Source: a virus
Taxonomy: Duplodnaviria; Caudoviricetes
Length of the DNA stretch: 52,768 bases
Direction: 5' to 3' (one strand)
Virus record (IMG/VR): IMGVR_UViG_3300006919_000075
Coordinates: 1 to 52,768 of that record
The notes beneath the pieces are model-generated. The model saw nothing but the letters and a program-made list of their open reading frames with translations, was not told the DNA's origin and did no database searches. Numbering within the stretch: the first letter of the stretch is position 1; every line of letters starts with the position of its first letter. The translations under genes and the position numbers were made by a program. Positions 15,450-26,062 of this stretch are shown here, piece after piece.

Positions 15450-16450
15450 GACTAAACCTTGCAGCCGTAAAGGCATCTAGAGTGACCGACATGCTCGGGT
15501 TGTGTGAAGACGACCCTAGGCTTCTTGATTTTTTAAACGAAGGCCATCGCCGGTTGATCCATGCGGGGCTTTACTGGAACACGTTCCAGACGTATCAGAT
15601 TTGCGTTGGCTCTGAAGGGTGCCTGACTTGGCCGAGACAGGTCGCCTCGATCGAGGCGTTGTCTGTTAATGATGCGCCGGTCACTCTTCGGAATGGGTGG
15701 TTTGAGTATCTACAATCCGGGTATGGAATTCGGACGAACGAGAATTCAAGCGAGTTACAGCTCATCGATCGGGGGACGGCTTGCACCTTCGATGACATCA
15801 CCGACAACTCCACGGTGCTTGAGGTATATTCTCTGGTGGCGGAAGACGCGGGATCTCAGTTGCTTGTCCAGGGGTATGATGAGAACGGGAATTGGATCCG
15901 CTCACTGGTCGGTTCGACTTACGTCGATGGGGAGTATATCGACATCTCCACCACGAAGACCCGATCCACGAACATCTTCACAGCGGTGACATCGATCACA
16001 AAGCCGGTCACCAACGGGCCGGTTTATCTCTCTAAAGTCGACGCGAGTTCGGTTGTGACTTTAATCGGTTACTACGAAGCCGACGAAACTCTTCCAAACT
16101 ACCGGCGTAGTTTAATTCCAGGGCTCGCCGATGCACCCAATTATGTGTGCGGGGATGGGGATCCGCTAACAGATCGTCGAGCCGTGAGGGCGGTCGTCAA
16201 GTTGGAACACATCGATGTCGTCAATGACAATGATTTCTTTGTGATCGGGAACGTGTCTGCGATAAAGAACTCAGCCAAGGCAGTTCAACTGGAGGAACAG
16301 CAGAACTTGCAGGAATCGATTCAGCATTTTCAGCTCGCGCTGCAGTTGCTTGACAACGAATTGAAACACTACGAGGGCACTTCGAACGTAGAGCCTTTGA
16401 AAATCGAATCTGATACCTGGGGTGCAGGGCAGATGCCGACTGTCATTTAG
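15446..16450 (+). CDS. Putative head-tail adaptor / tail tubular A-like protein
   Basis: Helical N- and C-termini with LLDFLNEGHRRL; gene context. Confidence 0.5.
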   Translation: MRLNLAAVKASRVTDMLGLCEDDPRLLDFLNEGHRRLIHAGLYWNTFQTYQICVGSEGCLTWPRQVASIEALSVNDAPVTLRNGWFEYLQSGYGIRTNENSSELQLIDRGTACTFDDITDNSTVLEVYSLVAEDAGSQLLVQGYDENGNWIRSLVGSTYVDGEYIDISTTKTRSTNIFTAVTSITKPVTNGPVYLSKVDASSVVTLIGYYEADETLPNYRRSLIPGLADAPNYVCGDGDPLTDRRAVRAVVKLEHIDVVNDNDFFVIGNVSAIKNSAKAVQLEEQQNLQESIQHFQLALQLLDNELKHYEGTSNVEPLKIESDTWGAGQMPTVI

Positions 16451-16462
16451 AAAGTTAGAAGT

Positions 16463-17221
16463 ATGCCTTTAAAGTCGATTTTTGGATCCAAGGTTAAGGT
16501 GCCGAAATTCATCAAGGTTGATCCTGATGAACAGGTCAAGAAGGCGTTCAAGTCGATGCAGAAGCAGCTCCCGGAGGGGGCGGCTATCGCGAAAGATATC
16601 GGCAAGGCCGATGCTGACACGGCCTTAGCTGTGCTTGAACGGTTTGCGCCGGGGACGGGCAAAGTCATTGCGCAGCAGATGGAGAACATCCAAGCCGGTC
16701 TGGCCGGTGAGGTGCCCACGGACGTTCAGAACCTGGTTCAGAATCGGGCAGCGGCTCGATCTTTTGCTGGAGGGTTCGGTGGATCCGAGGCGGCTCGTAA
16801 TTTAGAGCTTCGTGATCTCGGACTCACAAGCCTCCAGCGCATGGATACTGCGATGGCTCAGGCAAATCAGACCCTTGGGCTTTTCAAGAGCATGACTCCC
16901 GCGCAACAGTCTGTCGGGAGCATGTTCATGACGCCGCAGCAGCGGCTAGCACACGCTGTCAACGAGCGGAACACGAAGTTCCAACGGGACTTTGCTCAGG
17001 CTCAAGAGAAAGCCAAGCCCAACCCAATCGCTAAAGGGTTATTTGATGCAGCGGTAACCATTGGCGGCGGGGCGCTTGGGTCATTCATCGGCGGCAAATC
17101 GTTAGGAACGACTTTGTCTGCTGCTAAAGGTGCCCCAAGTGTAGGTCAAGCGGGAAGTGGATTCATGGGACCACCAAGCAACTACCAGAATAATTACAGT
17201 CCATACGTTTCCAATTACTAA
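16463..17221 (+). CDS. Putative internal virion / DNA ejection protein
   Basis: Ala/Gln/Gly-rich helical protein with GFGGS motif and a Gly-rich hydrophobic C-terminus. Confidence 0.6.
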   Translation: MPLKSIFGSKVKVPKFIKVDPDEQVKKAFKSMQKQLPEGAAIAKDIGKADADTALAVLERFAPGTGKVIAQQMENIQAGLAGEVPTDVQNLVQNRAAARSFAGGFGGSEAARNLELRDLGLTSLQRMDTAMAQANQTLGLFKSMTPAQQSVGSMFMTPQQRLAHAVNERNTKFQRDFAQAQEKAKPNPIAKGLFDAAVTIGGGALGSFIGGKSLGTTLSAAKGAPSVGQAGSGFMGPPSNYQNNYSPYVSNY

Positions 17222-17225
17222 AGTT

Positions 17226-18302
17226 ATGGCAGACCCAAGTAACCCATTCACAGGATTTTTCCAAAGCCTCGGAGCCGGTATGGAGGCAGGAAGGACACGG
17301 TCTCCTGGCGAGTCACGTTTTGTTACTATGCTCAGGGGCGCGGCTGCAGCTTCCACACCTGCTCAGGACCGATTGAGGCAGCAAGAACTTACTGCGCGAA
17401 ATACCCGTATGCAGCAGGAGCTTGAGTTCAGAATCCAGGACCAGGCGCTGCGGACGAGTATCGCAAGCCAGCGGCAGGAGCTAGATAAACAGAAGCACCT
17501 ACAGGGTTTAGCTGAAGAGAATGCCCGACTTGAAAACGAACGGAACGACGCGGCTGGATTGAACGCGTTTGCATCGGCAATAAGTCAGATTAATTCTTTG
17601 GAAGACGCTGATAGTTTTATGGAGCAGCAGACTGGGTTGTTGAGCTCACTGTCCTCCGAAGGATCGGAGGCTGCGAGAAAGATGTTCTTAGACTTCCGTA
17701 AGGGGAAGGAGATGGAGCGGATGCAGGAAATAGCCGATCTTCGTAGTGAGGTCATGGGATTTGATGGGGCCGATCAGGACGCCGTAGGTAAGATGAACTA
17801 TGGGCAGTTACTTCAGGAAAAGGGGCAGCTCATGTTGAACCGCCCGTGGATGCCGAACGAAAAGACGAGAACGGCTTACGTCAACGGGCAGCAAGTGACT
17901 CTTACGAATCCGAGGTTTAACGGGGGCAGTGGCGATGGGTATACGCCAGCCAATAGGATGTCGGCGTTCGACGATTTCCAGAGGGCCTTGAGGGCTATGG
18001 ATGAAATAGACGAAGGCGAGTATGATGAGACGGAAGGAAAAAAGAAGCTAACCGCCGCGGACGATCGAGCAAGGGCGGCGTTGCGGAGGTTCGCTTCCAT
18101 TGGTGGCTCTAGGGATTGGCTAACAGAACTTCAGTTGGATCAGTATGGTGACGTATTTGAGTCTGTGGGAATGGGGGCACCTGCGGACGAGTCGACCGCC
18201 AAGGAGCGCCTTACTGTGGACGGGGACGTTCCCCCAGATTTGTTTGGGGATCCTAAAAGATTGGAGCAGTTGAACGCCTTCATACTTGAGGCTACTAAGT
18301 AA
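17226..18302 (+). CDS. Putative internal virion / ejection protein
   Basis: MADPSNPFTGFFQSLGAG... with Q-rich coiled coil; start moved to ATG 17226. Confidence 0.6.
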   Translation: MADPSNPFTGFFQSLGAGMEAGRTRSPGESRFVTMLRGAAAASTPAQDRLRQQELTARNTRMQQELEFRIQDQALRTSIASQRQELDKQKHLQGLAEENARLENERNDAAGLNAFASAISQINSLEDADSFMEQQTGLLSSLSSEGSEAARKMFLDFRKGKEMERMQEIADLRSEVMGFDGADQDAVGKMNYGQLLQEKGQLMLNRPWMPNEKTRTAYVNGQQVTLTNPRFNGGSGDGYTPANRMSAFDDFQRALRAMDEIDEGEYDETEGKKKLTAADDRARAALRRFASIGGSRDWLTELQLDQYGDVFESVGMGAPADESTAKERLTVDGDVPPDLFGDPKRLEQLNAFILEATK

Positions 18303-21300
18303 TGAACCCGCAGACCCAAGAGATATTACGGCAAGCAAGAGCAGCAGCACCTGCTCTTGTTGATGTTTCTGATGACGTCCTCGTAGAAGCTCTCGGGAAC
18401 GTGTATCCGGAAACTACCCGGTATGCGGGGTTCAAGGGGGACTTCCTGAGAGGAGAACTTTCTCGAAGCGGGACCGCAAGGAGCCAAGCTGCGGTAGCCA
18501 AAGAGTCCGGGGTCGGGGTCATGGGGCCTTTGGAGCAGATAGATGCTTCGATCCAATCCGGGACTAAGCGTATGCAAGCTGCGTTTGCAAATCTGGGAGC
18601 CGACGTGATTGGGTCTGATACAGCCAAAGCTTTATTGGCAACGAGGGGTAAATACACAGGAGCTTTCGAAGAAGCCTCCGATGCGATTCAGGAATGGTCG
18701 GATGCCCAGAGTGAAGAAGCATCTTTTCTAGCGAGGACTCGCGACCTTTCAGAACCAGGTTATGTTCAAACGGCGGCTAACTTAGTTGCTGAATCACTAC
18801 CGTCCCTTGCACCTGCAGTGGTGGCGGGTCCAGCAGGTATGCCAGCGGTCTTGGCCGCTACTGGTATCACTAGCTATGCCAGTGTTGCGGATTCGGTAGA
18901 GCGGGAGATGATGGGCATGGGAGCCTCCCGTAAAGAGGCCGAAGCAATCGCACACGCCGAGGGAGCCACTGCTGGTTTAGCCACGACCTTAATCACGGCG
19001 GGGTTCAACAAGTATTTTCCAGGTCTCGAAGGTGTGCTTGCTGCGGGGCCTAAGCGCGAAGCAGCGAGGCAAACGATAAAGTCGGCACTCAAGGCATTTG
19101 GCGTGTCTGCGGCTAGTGAGGCTGCGGAAGAATCTCTCGACGAACTGTCTCAGAATATCCTCGCTGAGATGGTAAGAAGTCCTGAGAGGGACATGGTGGA
19201 TATATTGAAGGATGTTGGGGCAGCGGGATTTGTCGGGGGCTTCTTTGGTGGTGGATTCAAGTTAAGCTCCCTCGGAGTCGATGCTTATCGAAGCGGCGAC
19301 ATAAAGAGATGGCAAAGCGCCAGAAAAGCTAAGGGGCCAGACGCCACAATTCAGACTTCTTTTACGCCCGGAGAGGGACAGGGCGTAGCTGACATGAGGC
19401 TTGGTTCAGCGTTCACAACGCGACCAGAGGATCTCCCCGTCGATCCAGTGACCGAAGGGACTTTCGAAGGAAGCAGCACTGAGGGGGTTTCGGAACCCGC
19501 ACCGAAAGACCAAGCGGAAGTCCGCCCTACCGAAGGCACTTTCACCGGCAGCGTCAGTGTCTCTGAGCCGGTCAGTGTCGACAAGCCAGAGTCGGGAGAA
19601 CTTAGGCAGACTGAATTTGAGGGTGTCCGAGATAAACGGACTGAAGCGCCGTCAAAAGAAGAGGAGCTCGCTGATCTAGAAAAACAGGGACTTGCGGCAC
19701 GGCAAGAGATCGAGAAGCGACAGGCCAAAGAGTGGAAACAGAATCAACTCGATACCAGGGGAGAAGAAGTTTATTACCATGGCGTGGCGAAGCCTTTCAC
19801 GATAGCCAAGGGCATGGAGGACGCGGGTAGTGAATTGAATTTGTTCGGCGGTGGGCTCTACCTCACTGACGACCTCTACACGGCATCGACTTACCAGGGC
19901 AAAAACAAAGCCAAGGCATTCAATCCTTGGGAACCATCAACCAGAAAGCCTGCTCCGGGTGAGCAGGTGGGGGTCGTTTATGAAGTCGAATTCGATACCG
20001 ACGATGTGAAGTTTTACGATCTCGATGCGGAGGCTTCGCCGGAAGTAATCAGTTATTTTAAGGACTCCTTTGATCAAGATCTCGTTGGTGATGTCGAAGA
20101 GTCCGGTGGCCTTGATGGCCGATCATTAGGAGAGCTCATCCGAGAGGCGCAGGGGTTCTCTCCTGAGCTGGATATCCCAGCTTACGAGATCCAGGAGATG
20201 ATCTCCGGGGTTAAGGATGCTCTAAAGAGAGACGGTTACCGAGGATTCTCTCACAAGGGAGGCTTGCTTACTGGGAACAAGAAAAGGACTCACGATGTCA
20301 AGATCCTGTGGACCGATGATATTAGCACTCCGATTTACCAAGAAGCGGTCGATTTATCTGAACGGATACGGGAGCCGGGTGCTGCACAGGTAGTCGAGGA
20401 GACAGGCACTCAGGAGAACCTGTTCCCCAGCAGTGTCATTTCCGCGATCGAAGCGGAGGGGGCTTCTGTCCGGGCATCAGAATCTGTTGATAGGGTGAGG
20501 CAGTTGACTCAGGGACTGGAAGAGCAGCTTCGTGTCTTGTCTAAGATCCAAACCACGGCAGAGCAACTTGAATCTCTAGCGGAAGGAGATACCGTCCGAT
20601 CTGCTAGAGAGCAGTCCACGCTCGCCCGATCTAGCGAACGCCAACAGAAGGCAGTCGTTAAGAAGATTCGGAATCAGATTAAGAAACTGTCCGACGCTCT
20701 TTTGGATACGGCAGTTGAGGAGGTGGCTGCTGCGAGTGCAGGCAGCGATGTGGTGGCCGAGGCGGCAGAGGCTTTTGGAAGTTCAGAGGCGCTGCTTCCC
20801 TCTAGCAGCATGTTATCTGTCACTGACGCGGAGATTGAAGCTGTGGCGTCAAAGCTAGACTCTTTGAGTGACGGTGATGGCAAGGTTAGCTTCGGACTGG
20901 GCGCGTTCGGGGAACCGGGGGAGACTGTTAGCAACTTGTTGAGGCGAGTGTTTTTCAAAGACACATCGACCGGTGCCCTTCGTTGGGATCCGACGAAGAT
21001 GCGAACATTCACCAGAAAAGCTTACAGATTTTACAACGGGACAACTGCACCTCCTCAAGTGAGAGAGGCTCGCGATAAGGCTATGTTCGATCGGGCATCT
21101 CTCGAGGATATGGCCAGTAGAATAGTGGCGAGAGTGGATGAGGAACTTGAGAAGCTTCCTGGTGAATCCAAGGCGGAGGGACTGAAGCAGGCAAATGATT
21201 TTCTTCTTGGTAAAGAAGAGGCGGAGCAAGGTCTTTTGACTGAGGATACCAAAGACGTGCTTCGCGCAGCGCGATTGTTCTTGGATAACTTGTCCAACTC

Positions 21301-23773
21301 GATTGTTGATATGGGCCTTTTGGGCAAGGATCTTTCAGAGACTATTGGAGCCAACATTGGTAAGTATCTCCTGCGCTCTTACAAGATGTATGATCCCGAC
21401 GCTAATTGGAACTGGGATACGATACCGGAGGGAATAAAACAGAACGCCAGACAGTGGGTCATCGCGGAAGCCGAATCGATCGCTGGCGAGGGGAAGAAGG
21501 GTCGGGGTAACATCAAAGATGTTGTTGACGCGCTTCCTGATAAAATGGGTCCGGATTGGGTGGATGTTGTCTCCGCAGTTATAAAAGGTGAATCGGAGAC
21601 AGAGCTCCAACAGCGGGTGGATCATCTACTCTCTCGAATTGTTCCGGGCCAGGATGCAGTAGACGCGCAAGATAATGCAGACTGGTTGATGGGCCACTCA
21701 AACAAGGGACAGTCACCAGTTGCCTCGTTCACGAAGCGCAAGGAGATAGTCGAGCCGATCCGGGATTTGATGGGCGAGATAAGAGACCCGATCGTAAATC
21801 TTGTCAGTACGACTGAGCGGCTGTCTAAAATACGCCAACGCTACGACGAGCAGCTTAACGCTGTGGAAGTGGGCCTGAAGACCGGATTTTTTAAAAAAGG
21901 CGACGACGGTAAGATAGCAGGGTGGAGGCCACTTGTCTCAAACAAAGATTTGGCGCTTCGGGGTCTCAAGGACATCTACGCTCCAGCGGGTTTGGATACA
22001 TACGTCCTGGATTACCTTTCGGGCAAGGATCAGGAGACTAGCCAATTATTAATGGGGTTACGGAAAGCTGTAGGTCTGGGCAAGTTCTCGCAGGTCATCT
22101 TGAGTCCAGCCACCTGGGCGACTTCGGGACTTGGTGCGTTCGGGTCTTCTTTTGGGGCTGGGCAGTTACTTGCATTTCATTCAGAAGGATCCAGGATGAA
22201 GATGTATCATCCGGTCTCTAGGGTTGTTAAAGATGCCGTAAAAAAGAACAAGAAGAGGTCGCAGCGAGCTGATACGACTGAGAAACGAGCGGCGCTGGCT
22301 CAGGAGAGCGCCAAGGATTTCTTAGAGAATAATGGAGTCGATCGAATATTCGAGGATCCTGGGTTGATCGAAGATCTTGCAAGGGAGTATGGAGCTCTAG
22401 AAGAGGGAATCATGACTCGTGAGTTGCTAAACCAAGGCGAGCTGACGATGGAGACTTTAGAAGACAAACTTGGTGTTGGCCCAGGCCCGAAGAGCAGACT
22501 CAAGCTCCTTAAGCGGGGCATGGACAAAGCCTCGAAATGGTATGGGGCGGCGGATCGGGTGGTAACGAAACAGGGAGGGTTTTTGACAGAACTGGTCACC
22601 TACGCGCAAGCGAAACCGGAAGCGTCTATGGGTGAGATATTCCAAACCGCTGCTGATATAATCAGGAACGTCACACCCACGCCGTCTAAGGTGCCCCAAG
22701 GAGTGAGGAAATTAGTTGCCGCTGGGGCGCTCCCGACTTATCTGACTTTCCAGTGGGAGAACTACCGAAACACATACAACGCCTTTTCTCTGGCGCAGCA
22801 GGAAATTAAGTCCGGGAATCCGGTGCTTCAAAGGAATGGGATTCTAAGGCTGGGTAGTATAACCACCGCTTTATTCGCTGCGACTAATGTGTTGGGCAGT
22901 GTGCTATCGGCACTTGCTGACTGGTTATTTCGGGACGAAGGAGAGTCGGACGCGGATCAGCTACGAGGATTCGGAAAAGAACCCCTCCAGAAGCGAGAGT
23001 CTCTACGGGAGCTCGCCCCATACTTCCACCAGGACGAGGGCATGGCGTTTCTCAGCTATAAGGAGGGTGAGGAATTCACTTACATGGTCAGCTCTTACGC
23101 GTTGGCTCAGTCATCAGTAGGCTCTGTGGTCGCTCTACCGGCGTCGATATTGAAATTGAAAGGAGCAGGCGCTGTGGGTGAGGCGGCAGCGCAGGCCATG
23201 AATACGGTTGCTTCCCAGCTAACGGGCTTGGGCATCTTGTCGAAGTCGATGATCGAGATTGCTTTAAATTCAAAACAGGACGCTAAAGGGACGGTGTTCA
23301 ACCCGGAGCTAGGATACCTAAAGGCGAACGAGGGTGCCATTTCAAAGGTATACAACGATGTATACAGGCCAGGTGTTTTGAAGTCGTTAGAAAAAGCCAC
23401 AGCCGAGCGATCTGTTAATTACTATGGAACGATTTCAGAACCAACCGACGAGTTGTTAAAGGCGCTTGGCGTTAGGATTGTTCGGATAGAAATACCTAGA
23501 TCGGTTAAAGCGAATATGGGGTCTTTCGACCGACGACTCCGCGCCGCTAAGATGATTTACAGCGACAAACCGGATTCGAATCGAAACACACCGGAGCGCA
23601 AAGAAGAGTCTGAGCAGTCAGTGGCTGCAGTGGTTCGTGATTACAAAAGTTTCATGGAGGACATGCAGCACCTCTTGCCGGATTCTGAGTTACGTAAGTT
23701 CGAAAAGAACTACAACGAAGGAACCGCGTCAGGCAAGAATGCGGTCGCGAAAGATCTCAGGAAATCGTGGTAA
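18302..23773 (+). CDS. Large internal virion (polyvalent) protein, 1823 aa, with an ADP-ribosyltransferase-like domain
   Basis: Ala/Gly-rich N-terminal region typical of large ejection proteins; YYHG...FGGGLYLTDD...ASTY...VYEV...GYRGF motif series. Confidence 0.7.
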   Translation: MNPQTQEILRQARAAAPALVDVSDDVLVEALGNVYPETTRYAGFKGDFLRGELSRSGTARSQAAVAKESGVGVMGPLEQIDASIQSGTKRMQAAFANLGADVIGSDTAKALLATRGKYTGAFEEASDAIQEWSDAQSEEASFLARTRDLSEPGYVQTAANLVAESLPSLAPAVVAGPAGMPAVLAATGITSYASVADSVEREMMGMGASRKEAEAIAHAEGATAGLATTLITAGFNKYFPGLEGVLAAGPKREAARQTIKSALKAFGVSAASEAAEESLDELSQNILAEMVRSPERDMVDILKDVGAAGFVGGFFGGGFKLSSLGVDAYRSGDIKRWQSARKAKGPDATIQTSFTPGEGQGVADMRLGSAFTTRPEDLPVDPVTEGTFEGSSTEGVSEPAPKDQAEVRPTEGTFTGSVSVSEPVSVDKPESGELRQTEFEGVRDKRTEAPSKEEELADLEKQGLAARQEIEKRQAKEWKQNQLDTRGEEVYYHGVAKPFTIAKGMEDAGSELNLFGGGLYLTDDLYTASTYQGKNKAKAFNPWEPSTRKPAPGEQVGVVYEVEFDTDDVKFYDLDAEASPEVISYFKDSFDQDLVGDVEESGGLDGRSLGELIREAQGFSPELDIPAYEIQEMISGVKDALKRDGYRGFSHKGGLLTGNKKRTHDVKILWTDDISTPIYQEAVDLSERIREPGAAQVVEETGTQENLFPSSVISAIEAEGASVRASESVDRVRQLTQGLEEQLRVLSKIQTTAEQLESLAEGDTVRSAREQSTLARSSERQQKAVVKKIRNQIKKLSDALLDTAVEEVAAASAGSDVVAEAAEAFGSSEALLPSSSMLSVTDAEIEAVASKLDSLSDGDGKVSFGLGAFGEPGETVSNLLRRVFFKDTSTGALRWDPTKMRTFTRKAYRFYNGTTAPPQVREARDKAMFDRASLEDMASRIVARVDEELEKLPGESKAEGLKQANDFLLGKEEAEQGLLTEDTKDVLRAARLFLDNLSNSIVDMGLLGKDLSETIGANIGKYLLRSYKMYDPDANWNWDTIPEGIKQNARQWVIAEAESIAGEGKKGRGNIKDVVDALPDKMGPDWVDVVSAVIKGESETELQQRVDHLLSRIVPGQDAVDAQDNADWLMGHSNKGQSPVASFTKRKEIVEPIRDLMGEIRDPIVNLVSTTERLSKIRQRYDEQLNAVEVGLKTGFFKKGDDGKIAGWRPLVSNKDLALRGLKDIYAPAGLDTYVLDYLSGKDQETSQLLMGLRKAVGLGKFSQVILSPATWATSGLGAFGSSFGAGQLLAFHSEGSRMKMYHPVSRVVKDAVKKNKKRSQRADTTEKRAALAQESAKDFLENNGVDRIFEDPGLIEDLAREYGALEEGIMTRELLNQGELTMETLEDKLGVGPGPKSRLKLLKRGMDKASKWYGAADRVVTKQGGFLTELVTYAQAKPEASMGEIFQTAADIIRNVTPTPSKVPQGVRKLVAAGALPTYLTFQWENYRNTYNAFSLAQQEIKSGNPVLQRNGILRLGSITTALFAATNVLGSVLSALADWLFRDEGESDADQLRGFGKEPLQKRESLRELAPYFHQDEGMAFLSYKEGEEFTYMVSSYALAQSSVGSVVALPASILKLKGAGAVGEAAAQAMNTVASQLTGLGILSKSMIEIALNSKQDAKGTVFNPELGYLKANEGAISKVYNDVYRPGVLKSLEKATAERSVNYYGTISEPTDELLKALGVRIVRIEIPRSVKANMGSFDRRLRAAKMIYSDKPDSNRNTPERKEESEQSVAAVVRDYKSFMEDMQHLLPDSELRKFEKNYNEGTASGKNAVAKDLRKSW

Positions 23774-25608
23774 AGTCTAAGCTACAGAAGCAGATGGACG
23801 CGGTCATTGCCGCGAAGCAAGAGGCGCGAACGCGTCAAGTGCTTACGTCCGATCCGCTGAATGAAACTCTGGCCGCGGCGTTCAGCGGTGTCGATTCTGA
23901 GTTTGGGCCGAACACCTACGGTCGAGAAGTCGTTCCCGGATTGACGCAACTCGAATACGAGTTCCTTTCGTTTCGAGACCATCTCGGTCTGCAAAAAGCG
24001 CGATGCACGCGTTACGACAATTTCAGGAATATCTGCGGCATCCTATTTCCAAAGTTAGAGTGGAACCCTTGGCTGGACAAACAAGTCCGGTCACTTTGCG
24101 ATAACGACTTTGTTAGTTGGACTGGGTGCGCGGCTTCAGGCAAGACTCATACTGCTAGTTTGTGGGCAGTAGTATGGTGGCTTTCTGATCCACATAGCTC
24201 TGCGGTGGTCTTGACGTCGACGACTAAGTCGATGCTCCGAAAGCGAGCATGGTCCGAAGTCCAAAAGCTTTACACCAACATGGATGCTGTTCCTCCTGGA
24301 AACATGGTGGACTCAAAGACTACTTGGCAGGCTTCAAAAGGGGATGAGAAGAATGCCATCTTCGGTCTTGCCGTCCGAGACGGCAACACCGCTGCCGCAG
24401 TCGCGGGGATCCAAGGTATCCACACTAAGCGCGTGCTTGTTATTGTCGACGAGGCAACCGATACGCCTCAGGCGATATTTGATGCAACCGCTAACTTGTT
24501 CTCCGGGTGCGAAGAATTCCAGATGCTGGCTATCGGAAACCCGAACAGCCACTACGACCCTCACGGCAAGTATTCTGAGCCACTTGACGGCTGGGACACG
24601 GTGACAGTTGAAACTGAAGAATGGGAGACCAAGACTCAGCTCAACGGATTGCCTGGTGTTTGCGTCCGGTTTGATGCTGAAAAATCTCCGAACATCGAGT
24701 TGGGTGAGACTAAGTATCCTTACCTTGTAACCAAGGCGCAGCTAGAAGGGTCGCGGAAGAAACTAGGAATGGACTCGCCTCTGTTTTGGAAATTCCAAAG
24801 AGGCTTCTGGGCACCTGCCGGTGTCCTCCAGACTGTCTTCAATGAGACCCTGTTGGCCAAGATGCGAGCCCACGAGGGCTTCCTCTTTAGAAGAGAGATG
24901 CACGTCATAGGTGGGTGCGATCCAGCATTCGGTGGAGGAGACAGAGCCGTAATACGGTTCGCCGTTGTCGGCGTGACCGAGAGCGGCAAACTTGGGTTGG
25001 AACTAGAACCACACGATGAGTTGGAGATCGACGCGGACTCCTCTGAGCCCGTCCATTTTCAGCTAGCTTCTCAAATCCAACAGATGTGTGAGAAGCGGGG
25101 ATGTAGCCCTCAGAATTTTGGGATCGATGCTTCGGGAGAGGGCGGGGGTCTGGCTGACATCTTAGCAAAAAACTGGTCCCCTCGAATTAACCGCATTGAG
25201 TTCGGGGGCAAGCCCTCGTCTCGACCAGTGTCTTATGAGGACATGCGGCCATCGCACGAGGCATACGACCGCAAGGTGACTGAGCTATGGTTCTCGGCCA
25301 GGGAGTATTTGCAAGCCGGTCAGCTTCGCGGGATCGATGGTTGGACGGCGAAGGAGTTCTGTTCTAGAGAGTTCTCTGATGAGCGGCGAAAGATCTCAAT
25401 TCAGACAAAGCGCGATATGAAGGCTATGTATGGTAGCTCGCCTGATATAGCAGATTGCACAGTCATTATTGTCGACGTCGCTAGGACGACCGGGATTAAT
25501 CTTTACACTGAAGACCACGTCAGCGAGAAAGAGTCACTACCTCCAGAGGTTAACGAGATCTACGACGATATCGGAGACGAATTCGATTATGCAGATATTG
25601 AAGTCTAA
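23767..25608 (+). CDS. terL: Terminase large subunit
   Basis: Walker A GCAASGKT, Walker B VIVDEA, IGNP, nuclease motifs GCDPAFGGGD and SPDIAD. Confidence 0.92.
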   Translation: MVKSKLQKQMDAVIAAKQEARTRQVLTSDPLNETLAAAFSGVDSEFGPNTYGREVVPGLTQLEYEFLSFRDHLGLQKARCTRYDNFRNICGILFPKLEWNPWLDKQVRSLCDNDFVSWTGCAASGKTHTASLWAVVWWLSDPHSSAVVLTSTTKSMLRKRAWSEVQKLYTNMDAVPPGNMVDSKTTWQASKGDEKNAIFGLAVRDGNTAAAVAGIQGIHTKRVLVIVDEATDTPQAIFDATANLFSGCEEFQMLAIGNPNSHYDPHGKYSEPLDGWDTVTVETEEWETKTQLNGLPGVCVRFDAEKSPNIELGETKYPYLVTKAQLEGSRKKLGMDSPLFWKFQRGFWAPAGVLQTVFNETLLAKMRAHEGFLFRREMHVIGGCDPAFGGGDRAVIRFAVVGVTESGKLGLELEPHDELEIDADSSEPVHFQLASQIQQMCEKRGCSPQNFGIDASGEGGGLADILAKNWSPRINRIEFGGKPSSRPVSYEDMRPSHEAYDRKVTELWFSAREYLQAGQLRGIDGWTAKEFCSREFSDERRKISIQTKRDMKAMYGSSPDIADCTVIIVDVARTTGINLYTEDHVSEKESLPPEVNEIYDDIGDEFDYADIEV

Positions 25609-26062
25609 GATGAAAGTCCCTCCGGGAGGGTGGACCTACACGATCGAGTCAGGGACGTCATTTCGCGGAACGACGCTTGAACGCCTTGTTGACGAGGTGC
25701 GAGAGTATTATTTCACGAATGACCAGTTACCTCCGAAGGACTTGGATATGCTGATCCAAGATCAGATTTGTTCAAAAATCCCGGACGCGGAAGCTAAGTG
25801 TTACGACGCTACCCCACCGACCTTTGGAGAACTCATCAAGAGAGCGGGGACGGCGCTGGTCAATTTTTCTAGAAGCGGGTTCGAGGTCGTGCCGGATGAA
25901 GTTCTGGTAGAACGACGGGCCATATGCTTAGAATGCCCTTTGTGGAAAGGTGAATCCTTTTTCGGGGTAGGTCGGTGTGGTGCCTGCGGCTGCTCTGGAT
26001 TCAAACTCTACGCAGCGAGCGAACGCTGCCCTAAAGACAAATGGACGACTTACTCAACATAA
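25589..26062 (+). CDS. Cys-rich hypothetical protein
   Basis: PPGGW; RRAICLECP...CGACGC...CPKDKW; start moved to ATG 25589. Confidence 0.7.
   Translation: MQILKSKMKVPPGGWTYTIESGTSFRGTTLERLVDEVREYYFTNDQLPPKDLDMLIQDQICSKIPDAEAKCYDATPPTFGELIKRAGTALVNFSRSGFEVVPDEVLVERRAICLECPLWKGESFFGVGRCGACGCSGFKLYAASERCPKDKWTTYST

Noticed and set aside
19451-19550. Short TEGTFxGS duplication in the large virion protein
   Set aside because: Two degenerate copies in a disordered linker; unremarkable
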